Notes: generated from the sequence alone by a model not told the origin. Shown: positions 12,406-22,564, counted from the first letter of the whole stretch. The stretch is 63,541 nucleotides of DNA, filler included, from Reticulomyxa filosa (GCA_000512085.1; 15 parts of 15 records of this genome joined end to end with filler, not necessarily neighbours in it); one strand, 5' to 3'. Numbers and translations are program-made.

Positions 12406-13598
12406 TTTTTGTTTTAAACTTTCAGCTAAAGCCTTTATTTATGTTATTCAGTAAAGCGTCTAAGGTTGTATTCTTTTTGAAACAAAATCTTTTTTCAATG
12501 CAAAAGCACTTAAACCTTGAGATTTTCAAAGATAAAGAAAGATGATTATTATTTATATCAATTGCACTTACAGATAAACTTCAATTAGAACTTTACTTTT
12601 TATTGAACCCTTGAAATATTTAAACTCTTTACAATTGTCAATAATATTGCTCTTGTTATCAACTTGATTATTTAGTTATTTATGAAAAAAAATTATTTTC
12701 TAAGTTGTGTTTATAGCGTAAACATAATATGAAGAGCCGATGGAGAATGGAGAGGAAACAACGAATAAGACAACATACTCTGACATGATGATGGTTCCAT
12801 TTCAAACATTACAATCAAACAAGGCCTCAAATAACAACGGCTCATGATGAAATGAGCGAAAGTAGTATAAACAAAGACAAGAGTTTCAGTCATATGTATT
12901 GTTGTTATTGCTTCATGAAACCATTTAATTGCAGGGTGTGAAGCTTCCATGAATGATTATATGATTTTTACAAACGACATTCTATCGAATCGATCCGAAC
13001 TATACAAATTCGAATTGATTTGCGAAAACAAGATTGTCAAAAAGAATGTAAAAATAATCAGGTTATCGTTTCCCACGAAGACAAAAGCAATTGTTTTCTA
13101 ATAACACTGAAAATGCTTGTTTGCATAAATCGATGAAACAAGTGGAAAAGATATCAATAAAGGAGTTGTCGAGTTAAGAACAACACAAATATAACATGTT
13201 ATGATCGCTTACAAGGCCGTTATTTGTATCATTTTCCACAGAGACATTGTTTTAATGCTAATGCTAATGAAAATATAACTGAAATAACAATTGACAATGT
13301 AAATAGTATACCTTCACTGCCCAGTTTGAGAGCAAATAGAGTGGAAACAAACACACAAGCTCCAATTCTATTCAAATTCGCGAATAATATCAAAAGAAGA
13401 GTAAGACAATCATCACGACGAGTTAAAATGATTAATATGCTTTATGTCAATTTCATTCATTTGTTTCCTTTATCTTTATTCTTGGCCATTATTGGTGGAC
13501 ATTCAGAAATATTTAAGGACGAACAGTTTTGTTACATTTTTTTAAATTATTTACATTATCATTTTTGAGGCTGTTATTTTATTTGAAAAAAAAAAAGA

Positions 13599-13888
13599 TT
13601 GAGTGAAGTAAAAGTTATAAATTTATATCATGAAAGAAGAGTAATGGATTTGCCAGATAACATGTATGATGAGATCATGGGGATTAGTGACATTCGAATC
13701 TACCGAATTGTGGAATATGTCAATGTTCTCATTGCAATGAAGTTGATAGTTTACACTGGACTCGATCTCAATGATGAAACTGCATTGAATAATTTTATCA
13801 AGAGTCAATCTCAATTGTGGCAGAATAGAAAAAAGAAAAAACAAGGGCTCAAATTTTCCTTAACACAAACAGATGAAATAAAAAAAAA
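13599..13888 (+). CDS. Hypothetical protein exon (eukaryotic), partial
   Basis: Open frame with protein-like composition running to the contig end; no recognisable motif. Confidence 0.3.
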
Positions 13889-14830
13889 NNNNNNNNNNNN
13901 NNNNNNNNNNNNNNNNNNNNNNNNNNNNNNNNTTAATTAATTAANNNNNNNNNNNNNNNNNNNNNNNNNNNNNNNNNNNNNNNNNNNNATATTAAACTTA
14001 TTTGATTTGATTGAATACAAGCATTGAAAGATGTATTTATCTTATGTTGTTGTTTAAAAATATTCAAAAAATTGTGTTCAATGTTTTTTTAAAGCAATCA
14101 AAAGCGTAATTAATGAAAATTGTATCCAAATATCAAAATAAATTTCAAGATATTTTAGTATCGTGTTTTCTTCACTACTAATTTTTAGATAGTCTTTTTT
14201 TGTATACTAGGGAGCACTCAAAATAGGGTAAAGTTAAAGGGCAACAATGTGCATTATCAAAAGCAACATTTTCTCCTGAAGTAAGACATGAATGATTAGT
14301 AATTCAAAAGATTGCAATTAGATAAAGAGATTTTTTATATTTCTGGAATAGTTTATCTTAAGATACCTCTTTATATTGTTGATGTGTGCAAAGCAAATAT
14401 CCTTCTTGATGTCATATCCTATATGCCGTTACATCACTTGGGCATGTAAAATAACAAAAACATTATTTTGAACAATAATTTGAGAAACAACAAGTTCAAT
14501 CTGGTGAGCAATTAATGTTATTACATTTAATTTAATGATTCGAGTAATGCACAAAAAGGGGAGGTATCAGATAAGTATTACACTATCTTCGTTTAATGAT
14601 TGCTGTTTGGAGAACAAATGAACTGATGAAAATATTAAATTATTCACAGAAATAATAAATTTATTCCAGTAAATGAAATAACATGCACAACGATTATATC
14701 ATAATTTTTAAAGGTAAACAAAGTGCATGAAATTAAGTTCTAAGGCGTCAATGCCCAAGAACAACAAAATTTTTATTCAAAAGAGACACAAATTAAAAAG
14801 AAAAATTGTATTCATTTGTGTGACTTTTAA

Positions 14831-15420
14831 TTATCCCCAAATTCGAATTGTGCAATCTGTAGAACCTGATGTAATTGTATTTCCATTTTGAGATACATCC
14901 TCACATTCACAGCTTGGGAATGTCTTTCCAATATTTGTGTTCTCTTCCCTGATTATACATTCCACAGATTAATTGTTTTATTACTTGGCGATGATACAAC
15001 CATTTTACCATCTGATGAAAATTATGTACTCAATACATCTCTTGAATGTCCTAATAATTGTTTTATCTCTATTCCAGAATGTATATCCCATAATTGTATT
15101 GTATTATCTTGCAAACCTGGAAAAAAGTTTACGTCCCATATTTCATTGGAACCATTTTTTAATTTCATTACTTCATTTTCTGTATTAATGTCCCATAAAC
15201 GAATTGTTCCATCACCTGAACATGAAACAAAAGCTTGTTCATCTAGTGAAAATCTTGCAGCAAATACTTGATCAGTATGTCCTCTGAAAGTTTGAATGTG
15301 TTTTCCTGATGCAACATCCCATATTTTAACAGTGGAATCATATGATGCCGAAACAATCTTGCGACCTTCTGCTGAAAATCTTACACTGTTTACTATATTA
15401 TCATATCCTCATAAAACCAT
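14831..15420 (-). pseudogene. WD40-repeat pseudogene (not in ORF track)
   Basis: Manual translation: MVL*GYDNIVNSVRFSAEGRKIVSASYDSTVKIWDVASGKHIQTFRGHTDQVFAARFS..SCSGDGTIRLWD..LLGHSRDVLST*FSSDGKMVVSS..INLWNV*SG..ITSGSTDCTIRIWG*. Three internal stops plus a frameshift. Confidence 0.9.
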
Positions 15421-16973
15421 TAATAGTTCAAAATCTCTTACCTATTTGAATGTAAATCACATAATTATCGATCATTTATATGTTAAAAAAAAAAAAANNN
15501 NNNNNNNNNNNNNNNNNNNNNNNNNNNNNNNNNNNNNNNNNTTAATTAATTAANNNNNNNNNNNNNNNNNNNNNNNNNNNNNNNNNNNNNNNNNNNNTTT
15601 TTTTTGACAGCAAAAACTAAGAGAGCATTGCACGCATGGCAATTTTTTAATGACTTGGCGAAAGTATATCAGAAATTCCTGGCCTCTCAACACATGCTTA
15701 TATGGGGTATGGGGCCGAGCGAAGAAACCGACGCAAAGCGAAAGAATGGACAAGTGCAAGAGATAAGTTACACCGAGCAAAATGAAGAGCACAAAATGAA
15801 CCAATGAGCATTGGAAGAACCAATGGAAACAACATTTGTGAAGCCAAGAAAAGAGGTGGCAGATAAGATATACTTTGGGTCAATTGCGGTGTTATGCATT
15901 GAAAACGGCGAAACAATTGCAAAAATATAATACAAATGCAAACATAAAAAACGCACCAAACAACAATGATTTGGCAATGAGTGATGGTGACAAATTTTTT
16001 GTCAACTTTTTGAAATGCCCTTATGTTAAATCACTCTATTTCAAAGGCATTCGATTTTTTGAAAAAATCAAAGATGTCATACATTGTCCTTGTACCAACT
16101 TAGAACAACACAAATCTGTTGGAAATTCAATGCAATGATGTTTATTTCAATTATGTGTGCAATCAATCAAAAAAATGTTAACTACGAGCAATTTTGACAG
16201 AAAATGAATATATTTAAGATGTATCTCCTCTTTGATCCTTCTTCTAAAAGTAAAGACGATACAGAGACCTTCAATGAGAATGAGCCAGAGCAAACACCAT
16301 CTGAAGTATATCCAGGAATACTTGCGAATGGCCCGTGAGGTAATGATAGATAAGGAGCATTTGGACTATTTGGATCACCACAAGATGTTTTACATGTGTG
16401 ACATGACGGACAATTTCCAGTATTGGATGATTGTTGAAAAGGAGTCATTTGTTGTGTGTTGCGAAAACGGCGGATTGCCGTCACATAACTTTATCGTCTC
16501 TTCAGTTTTTCAAACTTACATATCACAACATCGCATCAATTTGCTTGGATACTGCCAAGTCAATAATGGTTCATACAACAGCCAACATCGTGGGTTCTGA
16601 TGGGTCATCGAACAAGGGCTCCCATCACAAGTTTTTTTGAACTCAAAAAAAAAAGCAGTGCAACGATATCGGAAGGCACTTTGTGGAGTTTTTTTCATGG
16701 ACACGACTTTTTGAGTACTGATTACAGTAGCAGGTTATTGATGAACGAGGCGCTGTCCCAGCAAATTATGAAGATATTTCAGGGATTGAAAATACAATGG
16801 GAAAAGAGACAACAAGCACAGCAAATTTGCATTTGATTTCGAGGGAAGCATTACGGCAAAGACGTTGGCATTGCGGATGAAAGGAAAAACAGATATTTTG
16901 AAAAAATTTGGAACAGTTTCGTTTTTTCCAAAGAAAAAGGGAAATATTTTTTAGAGATAGTTCGACCATATCA

Positions 16974-17122
16974 TTAATTTTTTTTTTGACAAAAAAAAAG
17001 ATTAATAATCAATTTTTTTTTTGATAAAAAAAAATTAATAACCAATTTTTTTTTTTGATAAAAAAAAAAATGAAAATAAATTTTTTTTTTTGATAAAAAA
17101 AAAAATGATAATAAATTTTTTT
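16974..17122. repeat. Tandem ~30-35-bp self-complementary AT units (T-run-GA(T/C)-A-run), ~4.5 copies
   Basis: AATTTTTTTTTTGATAAAAAAAAA repeated up to the contig end. Confidence 0.8.
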
Positions 17123-17224
17123 NNNNNNNNNNNNNNNNNNNNNNNNNNNNNNNNNNNNNNNNNNNNTTAATTAATTAANNNNNNNNNNNNNNNNNNNNNN
17201 NNNNNNNNNNNNNNNNNNNNNNGG

Positions 17225-17797
17225 GGGCAGTCGCCGCTTGAGGCCGCCGTTGACCGCTATTCGCGGGCCTATCAGTCGATCGACCAGCACCGGCGCGAGG
17301 GCTTGCCGGTCCTCGACATGCAGCGGCAGGAAATAGGCGATGCCGGCCGGCAGCTCGACCAGGTGCAGGGCGGCATGAAAGATTTGCTGCGCTCGACGTT
17401 GCAAAACGACCCGGCGACGGTGCGCGCCATGACCGAGCTTTCCGGCCGGGAGCGTGTCGCGCAGGTTATCGACGGGATGAAGCGCGAAAACGCGGCGCTG
17501 CAAGACCCGAATATCAGGGCCGAGCGGTTCGTTGAACGCTGGCAGGAGCTACAGGGCCAGCGCCGGGAGCTTCGCGGCTGGCAGCACGACGATGCCCGCG
17601 CCAAGGTCGAAAGCCAGATGAACGGCATGACCAAGAGCCTTGAGCGTGACCCGCAGGTAGATTCCATCCTGCGCAATCGCCGTCAGGAACTCGGAATCGG
17701 GCAGCAGCAGCGCCGGGGGCAGAGCATCGCCCACGAGCTGCAAGAGGAAATGTCACGCAGCCGGCAACTTAGCCGGGGCATCGGTTTGGGAAGGTAG
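17225..17797 (+). CDS. traA: Ti-type conjugative relaxase TraA, C-terminal fragment
   Basis: Open from the contig edge: GQSPLEAAVDRYSRAYQSIDQHRREGLPVL...RAERFVERWQEL...MTKSLERDPQVDSILRNRRQELGI...RGIGLGR. This resembles an alphaproteobacterial TraA tail and is followed by the usual DUF6118 neighbour. Confidence 0.75.
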   Translation, partial: GQSPLEAAVDRYSRAYQSIDQHRREGLPVLDMQRQEIGDAGRQLDQVQGGMKDLLRSTLQNDPATVRAMTELSGRERVAQVIDGMKRENAALQDPNIRAERFVERWQELQGQRRELRGWQHDDARAKVESQMNGMTKSLERDPQVDSILRNRRQELGIGQQQRRGQSIAHELQEEMSRSRQLSRGIGLGR

Positions 17798-17808
17798 GCA
17801 CGGAGAAT

Positions 17809-18567
17809 ATGGCGGAGCTGGACGACGACAGGGAAGGAATCGAGCCGGAAGCACTGGACGAGGACGCCGGCGACCCGGCCGCCGCGTTCGACGCGCTCCG
17901 GCGCACGATCGAGACGCAGGGCGCGCAGATCGGCGCGGAAATGACCGTGATGCGGCGCGGGCTGGAAGCGGCTTTCGACCAGCTCGAAAAGATCGAGCCG
18001 GCGCAGGACTACAAGCCCCAGCTCGCCCAGCTCGTGCAGGCGCTCGACAATGTTGCGGAGCGGCTGCACGGCGTAGAGCAATCGCCTATTCTCCGGCAGG
18101 GTGCGACACACTATGCGGCGCTCCTCGAGCGCAGCGGCGAGGCCCTGATACGCACCGCCGCGCAGCAGCTCGAGCGGCAGGCGTCCGACCTCGAGCGCGC
18201 CGGCCGGAACCTCGCCGCTCATACGAAAAGCGCCTACGACCGGAAAAGTCAGGATTTCCGCATATGGATGGCCGGCCTTGTCGGGCTGTTCGTCGGCATA
18301 TTCCTGATTTTGCTGTTGCCGCGTTTCCTGCCCTTCTCGGCCGACACCCATGTTGCGGCGACCGTCATAGGTCAGGACCGATGGAACGCCGGCGTCACCA
18401 TGATGCGGGTGGCCGATCCCCGAAGCTGGCGCGGCGTGGCCGATTCCTCGCAGCTCGTGCGCGACAATGCCGAGGCGATCGGGCAATGCGCCGAGGCCGC
18501 GCGCACGGCCGGTTCAGATCAGCAATGCACCATCACCGTGAAAGCGCCGGCAGCACCGGCGCAGTAG
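17809..18567 (+). CDS. DUF6118-like plasmid membrane protein
   Basis: GGAG RBS; coiled coil, single TM, DRWNAG motif and C-terminal C..A....C-TITV. Typically found downstream of traA. Confidence 0.7.
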   Translation: MAELDDDREGIEPEALDEDAGDPAAAFDALRRTIETQGAQIGAEMTVMRRGLEAAFDQLEKIEPAQDYKPQLAQLVQALDNVAERLHGVEQSPILRQGATHYAALLERSGEALIRTAAQQLERQASDLERAGRNLAAHTKSAYDRKSQDFRIWMAGLVGLFVGIFLILLLPRFLPFSADTHVAATVIGQDRWNAGVTMMRVADPRSWRGVADSSQLVRDNAEAIGQCAEAARTAGSDQQCTITVKAPAAPAQ

Positions 18568-19151
18568 GGTTGTGGGGGGACACCAGTTATTTCGGGAGGT
18601 TTCTTCCGCCTCACAGGTCCGGCGGCCATCGCGACGAGGCGCGCCGCGATACGCTTGCGCAGTTGCTCGGGGAGCGGGCGCGACGACAGCGCCTCGTGAA
18701 TCCACAGCCCATCGGCGGCAAGGCGCGAAATGAACCTGTCCAACTCGGCAGCGTCGTTTCCAATCGGCGCAGGAGGTGCCCAGCGGTCGATGACCTGTTG
18801 CCACAGATCGCCAAGCTGCCGATTGTCGGAGCTTTCCAGCATGAGCAGCAGTTCGACCCGCCGGGCAGCTCTTGCGCAGGTGTTGATGTAGGCGGCGTGT
18901 CGTTCGGCGTCTGTCGCCCTGTCCGAGGTGTTGCCGGCGCTCGCTTCCAGCTCCTGTTCCCATGAGCGAGTCAGATGCTCATGGGTGGCGAGGATCAGGG
19001 CTTCGCGCGACGGGAAATGATACAGAAGGCCGGCGCGTGTCATGCCGGTTTCGAGCGCTACGGCGTCGAGGGTGACGGCGGTGAGGCCGTCACGCTCGAT
19101 GATGCTCACAATGGCTTCAAGCACTTCGAGGCGCTTGCTGGCTCTCGCCAT
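18519..19151 (-). CDS. TetR/AcrR family transcriptional regulator
   Basis: HTH VTLDAVALETGMTRAGLLYHFPSREAL and C-terminal RLAADGLW. Starts 10 nt after the MFS stop; 3' end overlaps DUF6118 convergently. Confidence 0.93.
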   Translation of the reverse strand: MARASKRLEVLEAIVSIIERDGLTAVTLDAVALETGMTRAGLLYHFPSREALILATHEHLTRSWEQELEASAGNTSDRATDAERHAAYINTCARAARRVELLLMLESSDNRQLGDLWQQVIDRWAPPAPIGNDAAELDRFISRLAADGLWIHEALSSRPLPEQLRKRIAARLVAMAAGPVRRKKPPEITGVPPQPYCAGAAGAFTVMVHC

Positions 19152-19161
19152 GTCGGCTTCC

Positions 19162-20673
19162 TTAGTGTTGTGTGGGATAGGCTGACGATTGCGAGCCGGG
19201 ACCGTAGCGCCGCAACAGGATGCCGGTGATCAGGGCACCCACGGCCAGAACACCCGCCGCCACGTACATGACGACCGTATAGGCGTGGTCGAATGCGATT
19301 CCTGCCGCTTGACGCACGACAACACCATCGGCCCCCGCCTCGTTGGCAAAGACCAGCGCCGACGCCATGCTGTCGCGGGCCGCTTCCGAGGTTCCGGCGG
19401 GGAACACGACGTTGACCGTATAGAGGTAGGCCAAAAGACTTCCGAGAATTGTGACAGCGAACAGACTGCCAAACTCGTAGGACACTTCCTCGACCGACGA
19501 CGCCATGCCGGCGCGATGCACAGGCACATTGCCCACAATAGCCGTTGATGCCACCGACATTGTTGCACCTACGCCGGCACCGGTCAGCGCCAGACCGGCG
19601 ATCAGCCAGCCAAGGCCATGAGTGATGCCCCATGTCGCAAGCAGGACCGCCAGCGATCCCGCCGCAAGCCCGCCAGCTATAAGGATACGTAGGCCAATAC
19701 GATGCAGGAATGCACCACCGAGCAGCGCAGTCGGCAATGATCCGAGCGCCGCCGCCGAAACCAGCATCCCGGCTTCCAGCGGCGTGAAGCCCGCAACGAG
19801 CTGGAAGCGTTGCGTCGTAGCAAGCTCAACACCGCCGATGGCGAACAGGGAGAACGCGGCCGCTAGAACGCCCGATGTGAACGCGGCATTGCGGAAGATC
19901 GAGAAGTCGAGCAGCGGGAACGGCAGGCGCAGTTGCCGGCGGACGAACAGCGCTCCGGCGAGGATGGCAACCAGCAGCGAAATAGCGGGGACGGCCCACG
20001 ACTGCCCGGCATGGGCAGATTCCTTGATCGCGATCACAAAAGCCGACAGCGCCACCAATGCCTGAAACGACGACACCACGTCCCAAGGCTTGGTCGCATC
20101 GCCGGCCACCTTCGGCGCAACGATCAGCGCCGAAATGAAGGCAGCGACCACTACCGGCACATTGATGAGGAACACCGACCCCCACCAGAAATGGCCGAGC
20201 AGAAAACCGCCGATGATCGGTCCGAGCGCAGCGCCGACGACCGACAACGACCCCCAGATCGCAATGGCGATGTTGCGTTCCCGGTCATCCTCGAAGGTGA
20301 CGCGGATGAGGGCGAGTGTCGCGGGCATCATCGCCGCCGCGCCGACCGCCAGAAAGGCCCGCGCCCCGATCAGGATTTCCGCTGTAGGCGAATAGGCCGC
20401 CACAATCGACGCGACACCGAACAGCACGAGGCCGATGAGGAACATGCGCCGGTGACCGATCCTGTCACCCAGCGTCCCGGTGCCGAGCAGCAGGCCGGCC
20501 ATGACGAGGGGGTATGCGTTGATGATCCACAACCCTTGCGTTGCCGTCGCGCCAAGCTCGCGCGTCAGGGTAGGCAGGGCCGTGTAGAGGACCGAATTGT
20601 CCAGAACGATAAGCAGGAGACCGGCGGCGACGGTCACCAGAAGAACCCAGCGGTTCGAGTGGGCGGCAGGCAT
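19162..20673 (-). CDS. MFS DHA2-family (QacA/SmvA/LfrA-like) drug:H+ antiporter
   Basis: 503 aa with LDNSVLYTALP (motif D1), WIINAY, GTLGDRIGHRR (motif A), GAALGPIIGG, WGSVFLINVP and EEVSYEFG. Confidence 0.93.
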   Translation of the reverse strand: MPAAHSNRWVLLVTVAAGLLLIVLDNSVLYTALPTLTRELGATATQGLWIINAYPLVMAGLLLGTGTLGDRIGHRRMFLIGLVLFGVASIVAAYSPTAEILIGARAFLAVGAAAMMPATLALIRVTFEDDRERNIAIAIWGSLSVVGAALGPIIGGFLLGHFWWGSVFLINVPVVVAAFISALIVAPKVAGDATKPWDVVSSFQALVALSAFVIAIKESAHAGQSWAVPAISLLVAILAGALFVRRQLRLPFPLLDFSIFRNAAFTSGVLAAAFSLFAIGGVELATTQRFQLVAGFTPLEAGMLVSAAALGSLPTALLGGAFLHRIGLRILIAGGLAAGSLAVLLATWGITHGLGWLIAGLALTGAGVGATMSVASTAIVGNVPVHRAGMASSVEEVSYEFGSLFAVTILGSLLAYLYTVNVVFPAGTSEAARDSMASALVFANEAGADGVVVRQAAGIAFDHAYTVVMYVAAGVLAVGALITGILLRRYGPGSQSSAYPTQH

Positions 20674-20701
20674 GATAGCACCATTCAGTGAGAGTAGCCA
20701 A

Positions 20702-20730
20702 ACTTTACAGACAAGTTAGTAAAGTATCAA
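20702..20730 (-). promoter_or_regulatory. sigma70 promoter of the MFS-tetR operon with overlapping TetR operator
   Basis: Minus strand TTGATA-N17-TAAAGT. The inverted repeat ACTTTAC-N10-GTAAAGT (20702-20725) covers the -10 and spacer. Confidence 0.75.
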
Positions 20731-20799
20731 GCGCCTGCCCGTGAGGAACTTCAGACAATGGCCGACAGCGGGGCTTCGCATTCCGGGGCGCGATCAATT

Positions 20800-20827
20800 T
20801 GTCGCGAAATTCCTGAAACCTGCACCA
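20800..20827. repeat. Putative serine-recombinase site A (28 bp)
   Basis: TGTCGCGAAATTCCTGAAACCTGCACCA; related to sites C, F, D and E. Confidence 0.6.
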
Positions 20828-20860
20828 CGTCCGCAGCGGCCCGGATTCCGGGCCGCGACG

Positions 20861-20913
20861 TGTCGCGAAAGTCAGTCGCACAAGCCTGACTTTCGCACCT
20901 GACTTTTGCGACA
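20861..20913. repeat. Compound inverted repeat B (putative accessory recombinase-binding site)
   Basis: TGTCGCGAAAGTCAG-TCGCACAAGC-CTGACTTTCGCAC-CTGACTTTTGCGACA, preceded by the perfect hairpin GCGGCCCGGATTCCGGGCCGC (20836-20856). Confidence 0.7.
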
Positions 20914-20946
20914 GATATTTCCCTGAAAATTCAGCGGTGGCGATTT

Positions 20947-20974
20947 TGTCGCGAAAATCAGGATTTCCGCGACA
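20947..20974. repeat. Putative serine-recombinase site C (28 bp), abutting the aph stop codon
   Basis: TGTCGCGAAAATCAGGATTTCCGCGACA; the aph TGA occupies 20975-20977. Confidence 0.75.
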
Positions 20975-21775
20975 TCAGCCCCACGTCAGCGGGTCGAGGC
21001 GCAGATAGAAGGCAAGGCGCTCCCGATCTGGCGCGCTGATGCCCAATATGTCGAACAGGATGGTGAAACCGCGCTCCGCTTCATGCGGGGTTGTCCAGCT
21101 CTCCCCGGCGTTGGCAACCATAAGTGCCAAATCAGCGTAGCGGTCTGCGGTTCCGAGCCGCCCCAAGTCGATCACCCCGGCACATTGCAGGCTACGAGGG
21201 TCCACTATAAAATTGGGCATACAAGGATCGCCGTGACAGACGACCATATCGGCGCGCTCTTGGTCGAGCCGAACCGGCAGCTCTCGCTCCACCCGTGCCA
21301 AGAGTTCCTGCTGTGGTCTGTTCTTGTCCTCGTCAGGCAAGAAGTCGGGATTGACGGCGTTGCGGGACACTACATCCACGGCGCTAGCGAACATCCGCGA
21401 CAAACTGCGCTCGAACGGGCATTGGACAACCGGCAGGCTGTGCAGAACACCAAGCTGCTGCGCCATTGAAGGCCACGCTTTGAGTAGGTCGGCCCCCGAC
21501 AGATCGACCGCCGCCACTCCGGGGATTGCCGTCATCGTCAGGCAAGCCCCTTTCTCCGTCGCTCGCCAGTCGATGACCTCGGGGCAGGCGACACCTCGGC
21601 CGTGCAGCCAAGTGAGACGGTCCCGTTCGTCGGCAAGATCAGCCACTCGCGCGGGCGATGCAATCTTTGCATAGGCAAGCCCATCGTCGCGGTGATAGAT
21701 GAAATCGCCAGACTCCCCGCTTCGGACGGGAACCCACGCGCGCGAATCTTCAAGTAACTCGTATGCCAAATTCAA
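20975..21775 (-). CDS. strA: Streptomycin 3''-phosphotransferase, APH(3'')-I / StrA-like divergent variant (266 aa)
   Basis: TTG start at 21775 with GAAGGAG RBS; the longer track ORF overlaps the upstream gene. GESGDF, ERDRL.WL.GRGVACPEV, VVCHGDPCMPNF, IDLGRLGTADRYADLAL and RLAFYLRLDPLTWG match StrA. Confidence 0.93.
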   Translation of the reverse strand: MNLAYELLEDSRAWVPVRSGESGDFIYHRDDGLAYAKIASPARVADLADERDRLTWLHGRGVACPEVIDWRATEKGACLTMTAIPGVAAVDLSGADLLKAWPSMAQQLGVLHSLPVVQCPFERSLSRMFASAVDVVSRNAVNPDFLPDEDKNRPQQELLARVERELPVRLDQERADMVVCHGDPCMPNFIVDPRSLQCAGVIDLGRLGTADRYADLALMVANAGESWTTPHEAERGFTILFDILGISAPDRERLAFYLRLDPLTWG

Positions 21776-21786
21776 ATACGCTCCTT

Positions 21787-21814
21787 CGTCGCAGAAATCC
21801 CGAAACACGCGACA
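21787..21814. repeat. Putative serine-recombinase site F (28 bp) between aph and oxidoreductase
   Basis: CGTCGCAGAAATCCCGAAACACGCGACA; 22/28 identical to site D by manual alignment; abuts the aph RBS. Confidence 0.72.
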
Positions 21815-21833
21815 GCAAGCTGGGGGCCGCCGT

Positions 21834-22451
21834 CTACGATCCGCTACGGAATACACGCCGGCTAAGCCCTTCGGCTTCTTCCGGCCAAGATTTTCGTTGT
21901 TTATCTGAGCTTCCCACCACCGGCCTGAACACATGCCGATGGTAGGTTTCAACACCGCAGTATGGCAGGACGCATCGGCCCCAGATCAGTTCTAGCGGGT
22001 CGCCGAGTTCTGTTCTTTCGCGCTCTGCGTGAGTATCCGAAGTGTTGAAGATCAGGGCGCTTTTTATCGAAAGAAGGCCCTCCGGCAATCCATCGGCCGA
22101 TGCCAGCCGATAAGCGACACCCGGAACAAGTATCCGGTCGAGCCACCCCGCCAGTACGGCCGGTGGCTTCCCCCACCAGTTTGGATGCACTACCAGCAAG
22201 CCATCGGCCGAGGCGATCTCGGAACGATGTTGCCTTGTCACCGGGTCCGCTGCGCGGGAAAGGGCAACCTCTAGCGTATCACCTATGCTGTAGGCTTCTT
22301 CCGCCATCAGGCAGGGGTCAAATCCTTCGGCGTAAAGATCGTGGTGAAGGACTTCATGGCCGAGGGCGCTTAGCTCCTCGCGAGCGCGCGCGGAAACGGC
22401 ATGACAGAAGCTCGACGGTCGGGGATGGGCGACAAGGGACAAGATACGCAT
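21834..22451 (-). CDS. Flavodoxin-fold NAD(P)H dehydrogenase (quinone) family protein
   Basis: MRILSLVAHPRPSSFCHA, HDLYAEGFDP, ADGLLVVHPNWWGKPPAVLAGWLDRILVPGVAY (Flavodoxin_2 pattern); ATG at 22451. Confidence 0.9.
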   Translation of the reverse strand: MRILSLVAHPRPSSFCHAVSARAREELSALGHEVLHHDLYAEGFDPCLMAEEAYSIGDTLEVALSRAADPVTRQHRSEIASADGLLVVHPNWWGKPPAVLAGWLDRILVPGVAYRLASADGLPEGLLSIKSALIFNTSDTHAERERTELGDPLELIWGRCVLPYCGVETYHRHVFRPVVGSSDKQRKSWPEEAEGLSRRVFRSGS

Positions 22452-22502
22452 GGGCACAGCATAGAGGTTCGGCGTGATGGGCCGCAATGCGATCAAGGTG
22501 AC

Positions 22503-22564
22503 TGTCCCGAAAATCCCAAAACCCGCGACAGCTTTCTTGTCGCATAATAGGGATTTCCGCGACG
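22503..22564. repeat. Paired putative recombinase sites D (22503-22530) and E (22538-22564) upstream of the recombinase
   Basis: TGTCCCGAAAATCCCAAAACCCGCGACA and TGTCGCATAATAGGGATTTCCGCGACG, in the usual position of res/inversion sites. Confidence 0.75.

Noticed and set aside
15604-16836. Cluster of short plus-strand ORFs as a gene or mobile element
   Set aside because: Probably decayed coding DNA, but no recognisable family or consistent frame.
21776-21955. 60-aa N-terminal extension of APH(3'') in the ORF track
   Set aside because: It overlaps the oxidoreductase 3' end and site F; the RBS and StrA co-linearity indicate TTG 21775.
20800-22564. 28-bp sites as a CRISPR array or integron attC sites
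   Set aside because: Spacing is gene-sized and irregular, there is no cas or tyrosine integrase gene and no RYYYAAC/GTTRRRY ends; the dyads fit serine-recombinase sites.
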